A DNA stretch of 59,989 bases, the filler included, from Sphacelaria rigidula (taxonomy: Eukaryota), in the NCBI GenBank assembly GCA_964200075.2. It is 9 parts of 9 records of this genome, joined end to end, with 100 filler letters (N's around TTAATTAATTAA, not from the genome) between each part and the next. Parts side by side here need not be neighbours in the genome. Positions count along the whole stretch, not along the records: positions 40,062 to 46,637 come from CAXNAA020019260.1; positions 46,738 to 53,313 come from CAXNAA020019261.1; 7 more parts are not named here. One strand, 5' to 3'. Below, one piece after another: positions 40,172 to 52,132 of the stretch. Under the pieces are notes generated by a model that was not told where the DNA came from, did not search any database, and was given only the letters and a program-made list of their open reading frames with translations. Within the stretch, counting starts at the first letter, position 1. Each line of letters begins with the position of its first letter. A program made the translations under genes and the position numbers.

Positions 40172-40723
40172 GTTGGAGTCGGAAGAAAAGAGGGGGGAAT
40201 GGACAACGATAGAAGAAGGAGAGAGAAAGGACCCAGGAAAAAAAAAAGAAAAAATGGACAAGAAACAGAAGTAGAGAACATCGTTAAGGTTGCAAGCCAC
40301 GGAACGGAGGCAACAGTCGACAGGACATGGTCGGGGTATCAATTTCTACGGTACCCTCCCTACCCGACGTCTTTCTAGTCGAGAACGAAGCGCGCCATTT
40401 TTTCGGCCACTCCCTTATTGAACTCGTCGCGGGGCTGCTGCTAGTGCTGCTGTGCAAATGGTGCCGGCTCTTCCACTGGCAGCTCTGAACACGGTAGCCT
40501 CTTGCTTGTGACGTAGGTCGGATCGACGAAAGTAGTCGCGTCACCGCACTTCCTCGAACGCCTCCGCCCCCCTTTCGACCTCCGGATATCACTTTGCCCC
40601 GTGCTTCGCGGCAGTGACCCGATCTTTCGAGTTATTGACCTCAACACCATAGGTGAGCTACTTCCTTCAATCTCTCTCACGTCGAGCAGCCAATAGGGCA
40701 CGTAGCTTCTTCTGGAAAGGGTC

Positions 40724-41898
40724 TACATGTCGAGCAGATCAGCTCCCTGTAGCTCGAGCTAGCTCTTTTTTAGCGTAGCTCCCTAGTGAGCTATGAGAGC
40801 TACATGAGCTGCGCATGTTTGCCCTGGGTGAGGTACGAGAGCTGCATGAGCTACACATGTTTGCCCTCCGTGAGCTACCAACCCGTGCCTCATCAACTCA
40901 TATTCGTCCTGGGTGAGCTATGGGAGTTGTATGAGCTACGCATGTTTGCCCTGGATGAGCTATGAGAGCGACATGAGCTACGCATGGTTGCCCTGTTTGA
41001 GCTACAGAGCTGCGGGAGCTACGCCGATCTTGGAGTTGTTTCTGTTCCGATGCTCATGCACGTTGATATTGTACGTCCGTGACGACGGTTAGATGTGCAC
41101 ACTTCCGTTTCGTATAGCGATGGATTTGCTTCTTGTAAACATCGACATGGCTGCATCAAGAGTCATCAGCATCATAGCCACCACCACACAACCAGAGTGG
41201 CACACACACACACGATTCGCCCTGCATGGCGATCGCGGGGGGCAGCAGCTCGAGCGGCGCTTCAGTCGGAAGTGAACGAGGATTTGTGTTGACTTGTCTT
41301 CTTCGTATCGCGAAGAGAGTGAGGCAAAACACCACCTCATGATATGTGACGACATCCGTTCGAACGAGAATGTTACATCATAAGCGACACCGGGTTGGTC
41401 AGCGGCGAGCTAGGCACATGACGTGAGTGAGCCATAAGAGCTGTGTGTACTACGCATGTTTTGCCTTGAGTGAGCTATCGACCGTAGCTCATCCGCATAT
41501 GTTTTCCCTGGGTGAGCTATGATAGATGCATGAGCTACACATGTTTGCGCCGGATGAACTACATAACGTAGCTCACCCGCACATATTTGCCCTGGATGAA
41601 CTATGAGAGCTACATGAGCTACGCACGTTTCCCCTACGTGAGCTACCAGACGTAGCTCATCAGCTCATATTCGTCCTGGGCGAGCTGTGAGAGCTACATG
41701 AGCTACACACGTTTGCAGTAGGTGAGCTATCGGACATAGCTCACCAGCTCATAGTAGTCCTAGGTGAGCAACTAACTCGTAGCTCATCAGCTCAGATTCG
41801 TCCTGGGTGAGCTATCGGACGTAGCTCACATGTACATGCTTGACTACAAGTGAGCTACGGCACGCAGATAAGCTAGCTCATGAGCTGTCCGACGTGTG
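40724..41898. mobile_element. Non-autonomous TIR element filled with a GAGCTA-rich satellite; probable 8-bp TSD
   Basis: Right end CCGACGTGTG (41889-41898), degenerate left end TACATGTCGA; flanked by AAAGGGTC (40716-40723) and AAAAGGTC (41899-41906). Confidence 0.65.
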
Positions 41899-41919
41899 AA
41901 AAGGTCTACCTAGTGCGAT

Positions 41920-44400
41920 CAGGGACCGGCCAGGTCCCTTAGGCTCTTGTGTGGCCAGCTAGCTGTTTGAACAGGATGCGCTTCAGGGAGACATGTTTCA
42001 TCCTGTCGGACGAGGGCCCTCGCGATGCGTTTGTGCTTGTCCGTTTCCAGCTCAGTTCTGAGTGAAAGAATTTTCTGCTCACTGCGATCTTTCCTGCGGA
42101 ATCTCACTTCTCGCAGAGAGGTTGGTGGTACGCAGTGCACAGGTTCTCGAAATATTCGGGGCGCAGCATTTTACGCAGCACATCCGTACAGCATAGCGTA
42201 CTCCACATCCCCTTTGAGCAGCTGCTGGGCAGTGGATTGGTCACAGAGTTTGGGAGCTATGCTTCCGCGCCCGCGTGGTGTGAATGCGGCGCCTGCTTTC
42301 GATGCAAAATATTCGCACCTTTGTGGCTAGCGACAAGGAAGACAGAGTCGGTGGTCTGCTTATACCTTTGGCATTCCGCCTTGATGCGCAGTGCGATCTC
42401 CCCGTTGTGTCTCCGATGCCGTCAAAACCACCGTCACAATCATCATATGGGCAAGCCTGCTTGGGGAACTCGAGACAACGCCTGCGTCATTCGGGTACAG
42501 CAGTCCCCACACGATGCGTAGCACACCCTCCAGCGGTGTCTCTTCGTTGGGGTAACCAAAATAATTCTTCGGCGCATCGTCTTCACGTACCAGGTCTCAA
42601 ATGATGGATGGATCCGGTACGGAGCGCTGGAAGATGACACCCACCATTGCTAGGCCCAAGGTGTTCAACAACGGCGAGAACGAAACGTGCCCTGCCCGAG
42701 CTGATGGACGTGGACCTCTCTGACAGTTCGCCATCATCCAGCTATACCCTAGCTTGCAAGCTATCGTTGAACATGCCAAGGATGTGTTCTGTAGGGTTTA
42801 CCGGCTGGAAATTGTGTACACTTTTTACACAAGTATTAACAAGGTATTCTATCGACAAACACCCTTCCGGATCATCCAGGAGTGTTCGGAACAGGGCGCG
42901 ACAGCCTGTCGAATCAAACAGGGGTGTTCGATACACATTTCGGTCAGATTTGGTATTATTATCGTTCATGAAATAACGATAGTATACCAACTAAACCCCC
43001 CCACTTCCGAGTATACCCTACAAAACACGACCTTGGAACATGCGACGGACCTCGCCTCTCGCGGCCGGGCTCCGCGGCGGGCAAGTATTCCCACAAGTAG
43101 AGCGTGCAGTGTACGGAGTCGTACACTTTTTTCAGGTCCGTGAAGCATATGTTCGGTGGAAGTTTTCATCGCCCATCGCAACTCGAGCAGTCGGCGTACT
43201 ACGAAGATCATACTGGAAATATATTGTTGGGGCCGGGCTCCGCACTGTTCTTCGATGAAAATGCCGGCCTTTTTTGAGGCTACTGAGCCTATTGAATACT
43301 ATTTCCATTACTTTACCAGCATGCGCCGAGAGGGGGATGCCCCCCTGTAGTTAGCACACTCGGTTCAATCATTATTCCTCGTGTATAGATCCATGACAGT
43401 GGGCTTATTTTTTCCGATCGTTACTCGCACACGTCCAAACAGCAACGATGATGCTACGGAAGTGGTGCAGGTTCTCCGAAGGCTCTCCAACCAATCCAAG
43501 CATGAGGACTTCAGCAGGTCGCTCATCCGGTTGCATGGCATCGCCGCTCGCCATTGCTCTCAGTATCGTTCCTCCTTCATCCAGGATTGACCGGGTGACA
43601 GAGCCTTCGGCAGTGGTGTGATGCTCTCAATAAAGCACAGGTCGAGCACTGCCCATGTTGTCTTCAGCAACGTGGAGGCATGCCGTGCCTATCTCCGGAC
43701 CACCGCGCCGTGGCAATGTCCCCTTTATCGCCCTCCATGTGCTGCTCCTTTTTTTGGGTTCCTTGCCGCTAGCCTTCACAGCAGACCCAAAGCTTTGGTC
43801 GTATATCTATGGTTGACAACATGACCACTTGCTTTGGAGTTGAGAAATTTCTGAGAAATTTATGGTTTGGGGCAGGTGAGCAGTGGACCCAGCTTTTTCA
43901 GAACGTGTTTCTGTCGAAATCGGCGCCGGTGGCGCCGGTTTGAGATCTGCCAACGCACACTCTGCCTGGGGGAACTTACGCACCCCCTTCGCCCGAGAGT
44001 TTCGTACGCCTTGGGTGGGGATTAGGGTTAGGGTTAGCGCTATTGTTTTCGTTAGTTTGTTCGAAAAAATCAACCATGTATGTACGACCAGAACTTTAGG
44101 TCGCCTCAAACTTCATCCTCCTCTCATACACCCGCGCCAGTTTCCTGTCCCCAACCACAGTATTCTCATGCGGTTACCTCGTATTTACGCATTCAAGTAA
44201 CTGTCCAACCCGGCTTGGATCACCTCCTTGCACCTCCTGCATGTTGCTCGCAAGGCGCACAATGCGAAAACATCTCCCGGCTTTACAATAGTCGCATCAT
44301 CGACCTCGCCTTCTCTCGTCTGTTCCAGTTCTCTTTGAACTCGGGTAGGACAATATCATCCATCGAACGGAGCGCGTTGATTGAATAGTCCATTGGTCAG
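41920..44400 (-). mobile_element. Heavily degenerate RTE-like LINE ORF (reverse transcriptase)
   Basis: Minus-strand fragments LRAMASGDAMQPDERPAEVLMLGL, GIPLSAHAGKV, EEQCGARPQ..MIFVVRRLLEL, FTDLKKVYDSV, MFNDSLQARV*LDDGELS and WGLLYPNDAGVVS (YADD-equivalent), in the expected order. Confidence 0.85.
42777..43035. mobile_element. 259-bp MITE with CAAGG termini and a perfect 8-bp TSD, inserted in the LINE RT
   Basis: GAACATGC at 42769-42776 and 43036-43043; TIR CAAGGATGTGTTCTGTAGGGT / ACCCTACAAAACACGACCTTG. Confidence 0.88.
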
Positions 44401-44557
44401 GTCAAAACTGTGGGAAACGAGGACATTTGGTCGAGGATCTGAAACTAAAGTCGCAGTCTGGTCTACACGGATGTGCTGCCAACATTTGATTGTATTAAGG
44501 CCACGAGCTGGAAAATATATATATGGGGAAATTGAAAATGAAGGTACTGAGAAGCCG

Positions 44558-44787
44558 GTCGCCCCGGTAGTTCAGTTGGTAACCTCAAGACCTTTTCTGA
44601 TGGTTGGGTCGTAAGTTCGAATCTCGGACCGATCTGCGATTTTTTCTCACACGATGCCCAACACAGTGGAGAGCGACCACGTCGTGGGTACACAACATTC
44701 GGAAATTCGACTCAATGGTCGACGAGGGAAAGGGACTACTGAACTCCTCTCGCGATAAACAATAAAAGGCAAGCACCGCAGAAGGAT

Positions 44788-44827
<40 letters not shown>

Positions 44828-45322
44828 GTCGTCCCATTTCTAGACGCCGGTCTACACCTTTCGGTATATGTGGGTGCACCAGCCGGGGTCACACAGGAGG
44901 AAGGTCAACACAGGAGTTTCATCTCTTTTCTTTGTTTTTAGAACTCTCCCTTTCTTCTGCGGTGCTGGCCTCCATTTTTTGTCGCGAGAGGGGTTCAGCA
45001 GTCCCTTTCCCTCGTCGACCGTTAAGTCGAATTTTGTGTATCCACGACAGAGTCGCTCTTCACTACTGTTGGGCATGGTGTGAGAAATATCCCAAATCGC
45101 TCCGAAATTCGAACCCACGACTCAACCGTGAGAAGGTATTCGAGGTCACCAACTGAGCCACCGGGGCGACGGGAAGGATGGTGGAGAACTAAAACAAACG
45201 AAAAAGAAAACACTCCTGTGTTGGTCTTCCTCCTGTGTGACCCCGGCTGGTGTGCCCACACATACCGAAAGGAATAGACCGGCGTCCAGAATAAATGGGA
45301 CAACAACACACAACAACACACC
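44558..45322 (+). mobile_element. SINE family A host copy, split into 44558-44791 and 45173-45322
   Basis: A box TAGTTCAGTTGG, B box AGTTCGAATCTC; the two halves join to give the sequence of the intact 47153 copy; CA-rich tail. Confidence 0.9.
44792..45172 (-). mobile_element. SINE family A full-length copy nested in opposite orientation, with (CA)n tail
   Basis: Flanked by the 11-bp TSD GAAGGATGGTG (44781-44791 and 45173-45183). Confidence 0.92.
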
Positions 45323-46354
45323 GTGTAGACTGAGAATTGATGAACACGAGAGAACTACGTAGACTCCCGAGTAGGTACCACAGGGCGCGCTCAATCTCGC
45401 GTTTCAAACCGCGACCACTTTGTTCTGGTTCCCGTTTTCTATACTTTCGGAGCAGAAAAGGACACCATTTCTTTGTTGCCACTTTGATGCGGGCCAAATT
45501 CAGGCAAACTGCCGGCGTAGCACTCGTCGATAACTCCGACAAGCACTCAGCCTGCTTGCCTAGGCAAGCTAGCTTAACCGGCGCGACCTCATCCGCATCA
45601 ACCTGTGAATACGGCGGAGATGTTCGACTCCGGCTGCGTCGCGTTGCAAACGATACGCATACCACATGCTGGACACTAACACGCCGACCAAAGCATTACC
45701 GCAGGGCGTGGTACTTGAAATTTGGTGTGGTGATGGGAGAAGAGTCCACGATGTCGACCTGGCGTCGTGATACAGGAAAGCCTTGATGCTTCACAAATCG
45801 TGATCGACAGACAGTTATCTTTCGGCTGATGGAGTATTTGGTGTTTGGTACTTGTGCATTTTGTGTAATATTCTAACAGCATATTCTTGTACCTCGTATC
45901 CACACCGTTTCTTCTTCCAAGTCCTGGGTCACACATCCTACCTTCCTGCAGCTTTCACCTGAACGACGGACTAGCCAGTCAACGTACCCTGAACAACGGT
46001 TGAAGTTCATTCTCATGGGAACGACACGCCGTGCTGAATTCTTCGATCCGATTGCATCCGATCGAGCTATAGTAGAGTTCATGAACCAAATAAAATGTCC
46101 ATGATGGGCATGTACAAATAATGGCACAACTTTCGCCATTTGCTCGATTTTGAAAAGACTGTACCGTAACGTCGGTGGATGTCGTCACATCGACAAACTA
46201 GACACAGCATGCTGTTTTCACGAGTGAGGGCTTCAACCGATATTGGGGGGTTCATCGGCTGTACAGCCCGCCATTTCAGGCCGACTGAAGAGACTAGAAT
46301 ATGGTCAAGGATCTGACAAGAGGGTTACGATTTGGTTTTACATCAACATGCACC

Positions 46355-46499
46355 GCCGCGCCCCCGCGCGGTGTAATGGACCGACTGTTGCCATTAGGGT
46401 GGAGAGAACGAGGGCTCGATTCCCGATCCGTTGGGTTTTTCCTTCGAGTATATGATGTCCACCATGGAAAGCGTGAGAACGTGAGTAAACGAAGTAGTT
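46355..46499 (+). mobile_element. SINE family B, 5' fragment
   Basis: GTGTAATGGACCGACTGTTGCCATTAGGGTGG...GCTCGATTCCCG head and shared body. Confidence 0.75.
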
Positions 46500-47152
46500 C
46501 AAGGGTCGGACAAATAATGATTCGTCTGGAAATTACTTGGTTTTAGTATGATGAGTTGACTCATGATGAATCCATCCCTGGGCTTTATTTCCGCGTGGCA
46601 CCCTAGGTACACGCAGCACAGAGACGTTGGATGGCGCNNNNNNNNNNNNNNNNNNNNNNNNNNNNNNNNNNNNNNNNNNNNTTAATTAATTAANNNNNNN
46701 NNNNNNNNNNNNNNNNNNNNNNNNNNNNNNNNNNNNNCAAAGCATCCTACTTTTTCGAATATGTTGATGCGGGCGGGTCGATGCACGTTTACCCCCCCCC
46801 CCCCGCGCTTCTCGAATATCTTGGGTGGTTTTGCGAACCCTTTCCAGAAACCAAACTCACCTTTGAAGATTTTTCAGACTAGACCCCTCTACAGTTTCCC
46901 CCCAGAAGGACGAGGCTTACGTGTGAGAATAGAAACATGACCCAGGGCTCAAGACCACACTCTCGTGAGGGAGGGATTGGTCAAGTCACGTAAATGTTTG
47001 TGCGAGAAAACAACGTGTCCACGTGTAAGAATGCCGATACGTCATGCACTCAAGTGCTGAACCCCCTGTTCAAGCTTTCGTGTGAAATTTAACATGGGCG
47101 GCAAGATCGATCTTGACATCTGCAATCAAGTTTTGCATTAGTTTCATGCCTT

Positions 47153-47520
47153 GTCGCCCCGGTGGCTGAGTTGTTAACCTCTGAACTTTCTGACGGCTGG
47201 GTCGTGGGTTCGAATCTCGGTGCAGTCACACCATCTGGAATTTGTTCTCACACAATGCACAACAAAGTAGAGCGACCATGTCGTGGGTGCACAAAATTCG
47301 ACTCCACGGTCGACGAGGGAAAGGGACTGCTGAACCCGTCTTGCGATAAAAAATAAAAAGGCAAGCACCGCGGAAAGAAGGTGGAGAATTAAAAACGAAT
47401 AATAATAAAAAACGCCTGTGTTGGCCTTTCTCCTGTGTAACCCCGGCTGGTGGGCCCACATGTGCCGGAAGTTGTAGATCGGCGTCCAGAATAGATGGGA
47501 CGACAACACACCCAACACGC
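47153..47520 (+). mobile_element. SINE family A full-length copy (probably intronic in the DDHD gene)
   Basis: GTCGCCCCGGTGGCTGAGTTG head, GGTTCGAATCTC B box, shared body and CA tail. Confidence 0.88.
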
Positions 47521-47635
47521 ACATGACAGACAGGTTGTCAGGGGAGCGAGAGGAAGGCTACTGGGCAACATCAACACTGGCAGCAGCTACCCATACATTA
47601 CTCTGTAACGTCCGTGCCCTCCCCCGAACACGCAC

Positions 47636-47785
47636 CATGGCAGACATCCACCGGTGTTGAGTAGCGTTCCCGTTAGAGGTGGCCTTGTGGGAGAGGTCGT
47701 TCACCACTTTGTCGATGTTGGCAGTCATGTGTTGGTTCATCCTCTGTATTCTCGTGTGGAGGTAGTCTCCTCCCCTGTGCGGCAT
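47636..47785 (-). CDS. DDHD-domain phospholipase (PA-PLA1/SEC23IP-like), exon 3 of 3 seen (MPHRGGDYLHTRIQRM...WMSAM)
   Basis: TGCAG acceptor and GTGCGT donor; 150 nt, phase 0/0; the P-H-x-G-G-x-x-L-H motif follows the DDHD start. Confidence 0.8.
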
Positions 47786-48859
47786 CTGCATTCCATACAT
47801 ACCCGCACGTACATGTGATGCATCGCAAGAGAACAGGTGATGTAAGTAAGGTCTTCAGGAGAAAATAGTGCGTGTGTGGGTGTGACACCTTTTGGGAGAA
47901 CGAGCCGTCGTCACGTATAGTATATACACGTTGCGCAAGAGAAGAATAGAGTGGAATAATTGCTCCGCCACTGACTGTAGCAGTAAACACACGGTACGGA
48001 GTTTCAAAACACCAATCACGGCAACAAAAAACAAAACATACATGTATATATATATATATTGAAAGGAAAAAAGAGAGAGCCCACGCGCCTGAACTAGGCG
48101 TCCTCCGGGCGTGTGAGCAACGAGAACGCACCGAGAAAAACCAGGAGGAAAAAAATAAAAGCGCTTGTCTACATCGAATGAGTACATAAATTATGCGGCA
48201 GGTGCTTGTGATTGAATGCGTGAAGCCAATTGCTACGGTTGTGTTCCAGTATAGTCATCGTTGCATGCGACCCTTCAGTGGACGGATCTTGGGAACGTTC
48301 TGTACATGGAAACAGAGTAACTGATAGTGAATGGTTGAGTGGTACAGTAGCCCTACAAATTAATTTACTCCTTGTTCTCTTTCACCTTTCTCGACATCTA
48401 AATTCCTTGCGAGTGGGCTTGTGGTCCAAGCCATGCTTCACCGTGGGCCGAGCCAAAAATGACATATCGCCCATAGCCTGAGATCTGCCCAATGCTAGCA
48501 GACAGTATCTAAACAGCAGCAAGTTAACGCCTGGCTAGAGCAGCATCACAGGTTAATGCCATGCATCGTTCTACTATGGGTCGCAATCGTTGTAAAAAAT
48601 CCAAAAAGAAATGCACTGATATTCGAGCCGACACCATTTTGAACGTTATTATACTGTTGTTGAGGATAGCACCGTAGTATAAACGGCGTCTATGACCCCG
48701 CCGACCCCGCACACTCGCTCGTCTTTGGCCCTCTCCAAAGCGACCTGTAATGCACAGAGGAGGGCGCATAACAGCAACCCCGAAGAGCGACCAATGTACC
48801 TCGAAAAAACAACACGCTATCACTATCCTGTACATCGGGGTTCTTACTAAAGCGCTCAC

Positions 48860-48931
48860 GTTGGCGGGTGGAAGATCTTGGAGACTTTCATCCAGCATGG
48901 GTTCCAGCCGGTAGGCTACGGGATCGCTTGG
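48860..48931 (-). CDS. DDHD-domain phospholipase, exon 2 (PSDPVAYRLEPMLDESLQDLPPAN)
   Basis: TAG acceptor and GTGAGC donor; 72 nt; hallmark DPVAYRLEP motif. Confidence 0.92.
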
Positions 48932-49666
48932 CTATCCACATGGGAGGTGAGAGAACCAAAAAGAGAACCAGGCCGAGAACCAAAACGAGCATCGAGGGCA
49001 AGAACAGGCCCAGTTAATAATTAACAAAAACGGGGACGGCAAGCTACACGCTACCATACCCGAGAAGAGAGAAGAAATGATATGCAGATGACGACAATGT
49101 ACTGGGCGACCAAAATATATGAAAAAAAGTGAATCCGCAATGTCGTGCTTTTGATTACATAAGGAATACCCCAGGGTTGGGGAGAGCTGACGCCCAGTGC
49201 TCTACTTGATGACAGCGGTCGGCCAGGAGCTCAACAAAGTCGAACAAACATGCACATGGCAAAGCGCAGTGGCGGGGGGCAAGACGGGTATTTGCTACGA
49301 AGTACAATTTTTCGACTGCGCAGCTTCTGTGGATGTTTATACTGCAGGAAAATTTCGTGCATTTAAAACCATGGGGGCAGCGACCAGAGACAGGTGTCTT
49401 TTTCCTCAACCACTGCCCAAGAATCAACGGCACGCAAAAATTCGGATTGGCATGAAAAATGGCTTGAAATCCCCGAAGCCTACTGGTTATCTTGCATTTG
49501 GATGACAACCTAGCTATATTATCTGGTATCGCCACTTCCACAGAGAGCCATGGTTTATACACTGCCTCATGGGAGCACGGGGGGGAACCCAGGCCTCGGC
49601 CCACCCCTAGCTCTAGCCCTAGCCGTAGTCCTTGCTCTCGCACTAACGCTACAAAAATGCACTCAC

Positions 49667-49796
49667 ATGAAAGACATTGTAAAACCTCTTGGTGGTGGGA
49701 AACTTGAAGAGCTTATCCTTTTGCAGAGCTAGAGGTCTCAAGGACAGAAACATGCCAATGGGGGATCCGCACGCCAGGAACAGCTCCGGTTCAAAC
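49667..49796 (-). CDS. DDHD-domain phospholipase, exon 1 seen (FEPELFLACGSPIGMFLSLR...FPTTKRFYNVFH)
   Basis: CAG acceptor (phase 2) and GTGAGT donor; GSPIGMFL and FYNVFH|PSDPVAYRLEP are DDHD-family motifs. Confidence 0.92.
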
Positions 49797-51247
49797 CTGT
49801 ATCGGACAGGGTATTTGTTTGTGCGTGTGTTCGGAGCGGGGGGGGGGATACTCATGATCTTGCATGCGATTGGCATAAGGCCACTGATCTAGCATCCCGA
49901 CGAAGACGGAACGGCGCACGCCGAATTTTCGCCGGACCATGCTCGCAATCAATTACCAAGTGCCAAGCGCCGTGATGTACTCGGCCAGCCGCGTGAAGGG
50001 TGAGCTGCATCGTGCTAAGATTGTTCGGCCCGAAGCATACCAAGCATCTTGCATTTGGATGACAGTGACACTTTCTACGATAGCCCCCCGCAAATAAAGT
50101 GCATGGTTTTGGGGAGGCAAAATGTTCACGTAAATCGAAGTGGAAAAAGCCGCGTACAACAAGTAGCTGGGAATTCCCACGCTTGGGTTCGTTCTCGCTA
50201 AGGTTGCAAACTGAGGCGCTTCATGCAGCCTGAACCCAAACATCAGGTGCTGTATGGCCATTTTTTTCGTGACACTTTTGGGCTGGTTTTGGGGGGGACT
50301 ATCGTAGAAAGTGTCTACCGGGGGAGTGGTGCGTTGGCCCCCCGAGATAACCGCCTCGTGCCGAGTTGAGGTAAGGGGTTGGAGCACATGACAGTAACAA
50401 CAACAATAATCGATGGGAAGGCGTCTGTCCGTTTGAGTCCATCAGCATGTCATTGCGAGTTGTGTCATTGCGAGTTGTTTCACATAGCTGTTTCAATAGG
50501 CGAACACCTCTGCAGTAAAGACCCTTGTAATGCGTGAGAGTACCACGTGCTTAGGGGACCGCGCCGTAGTTCAAAACACCTCACGATCGACGTTTTCCAA
50601 AACCAATCGGGCCAGTCCCTGCAGTTACCGCGTCGCTGACCACAACCCTAGCACTAACCCTAACCCTAACCCTCACCATAGGGATGTTCAAATTCCGATG
50701 CGGTCCTCTAAGCACGCGGTCCTCTCACGCATTACACCCTACCAACTGCGCAGTAGAAGGATTGAAATTCGTCGACTGCTGCTTGTCTCTGTGTGTCTAC
50801 TTTTGCTTGGCGTTAGCCGGACGACCTTCTAGTCTGTGCTACTGGCTGGAGGACGCCGATAATGTGAAGTCGGCGTGCGAGGAAAACACGCCAGAGAATA
50901 AAACTCACGAGTATACGGTATCGGTGTAGACCAGCCTGGACAGATCGCGGCCGTTGCGGATGTAACGCTTAACGGGGTCTTCAGTAACCTCTTGCAAGGG
51001 TTTACCGCCGTCCTGTCACCAATACCCCCCCCCCGCGCGCGCGCCAGCCCAATCAGAAAGGAGAGCAAACGAGCACAAATGTAACACTGGTCATCTTAAT
51101 GCTGTGATAAACCAATTCCGTCGAAAAGGTTGGCGTACACATTGAGGAAGATGTGTGAAACTTTGAGAAACAATACCATGTGTGGGATAACTTCATGGTA
51201 TGTTTCCATGAAGCCAACTTGTGCCGGAAATCAGATGTATCACGTAC

Positions 51248-51358
51248 CTGTATATTGAGCCAGTTGTCCCAGTCCGTCATGAAGTTCTCCCCAGCTATGT
51301 TCGTAGTCTGCTTCACGTTCACGTCGATGGAGTCGAACGTAAAGTCGGTCACCAGTAG
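51248..51358 (-). CDS. Vanadium-dependent haloperoxidase (vBPO/vIPO) exon (LLVTDFTFDSIDVNVKQTTNIAGENFMTDWDNWLNIQ)
   Basis: TTGCAG acceptor and GTACGT donor; 111 nt, phase 0/0; matches the brown-algal vBPO segment LLVNSFTIDxITVEPKQ...YMVDFDEWLNIQ. Confidence 0.88.
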
Positions 51359-51995
51359 CTGCAAACAAAAACGCAAATGTGAACAAATGGGAAAGAAAGA
51401 AACGCACTATTACAGAGAAAATGTAGAAGCATAAGTAACACACGAAGGGTACCAACACCATTTCCTTCGTACATGAACAAACTAGTGGGGAAGGATATCT
51501 GAAGTGGGGACTGACAAACTGCTGTGATAGTCGGACATCAAACAAAACACATACAACGTTGTGCCGTGAGCGTAAAAGCGATATTTCTCACAAATAGATA
51601 TCATGGCGGGGAAAACGGAAGGATGGACACAATCACAACAGTGAGGTAGCGCAGCCGTATCATGACAGAAGCGTATCTGACAATTGCGAGATGCGCACGG
51701 GGTTTTTACTGGTAGGTTAGTTCGTTGTTTTACCAGCATCAGCTCGATTCTGCGAGGTGCAAGCGCACAGCCGACACGTTTCTGTAGGATAGCTGCTACT
51801 GCAGCATTCAAGAATAACGGGTCCAAGCGCCTGGCTTTCCCTTTCGTGCGCTGGACATCGCACAGGTGGATATCAACACAAACAGCATGTCGTACTTGCC
51901 ACCCCAAACTCGGGCGTGATGCACACACCACGCCTGAGAAATCATCTGCCAAGTACTGCCACTCCTGCCCCTCCCACCAACGCCGAGCTCTGCAC

Positions 51996-52132
51996 CTGGG
52001 ATATATACGGCCCTTTGTCCACGCCGATGAAGTTGGTGCGGAACAGTTGTTTTTCGGGGTCAATCGATCCATCCGTGCCCATGGCCACGTAGTTGGTGTC
52101 TAGGGGGAAGCCCTTCATTGCGGCCAGATTTT
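51996..52132 (-). CDS. Vanadium-dependent haloperoxidase exon (NLAAMKGFPLDTNYVAMGTDGSIDPEKQLFRTNFIGVDKGPYISQ)
   Basis: CCAG acceptor and GTGCAG donor; in phase with the 51358 exon; matches vBPO NLAGMxGFP...GSDGTVDPxSQLFRATFVGVETGPFxSQ. Confidence 0.88.

Noticed and set aside
44022..44038. Telomere-like TTAGGG repeats (also CCCTAA at ~50646-50673)
   Set aside because: Only 2-4 interstitial units; not a chromosome end
44558..44630. tRNA gene candidates (also 47153, 39406, 18969, 26709)
   Set aside because: The A/B boxes run into a shared ~300-bp body and tail with no convincing cloverleaf; these are SINE heads
49796..51248. Direct in-frame vHPO-DDHD fusion
   Set aside because: Splice phases are incompatible (0 vs 2) and no convincing bridging exon was found
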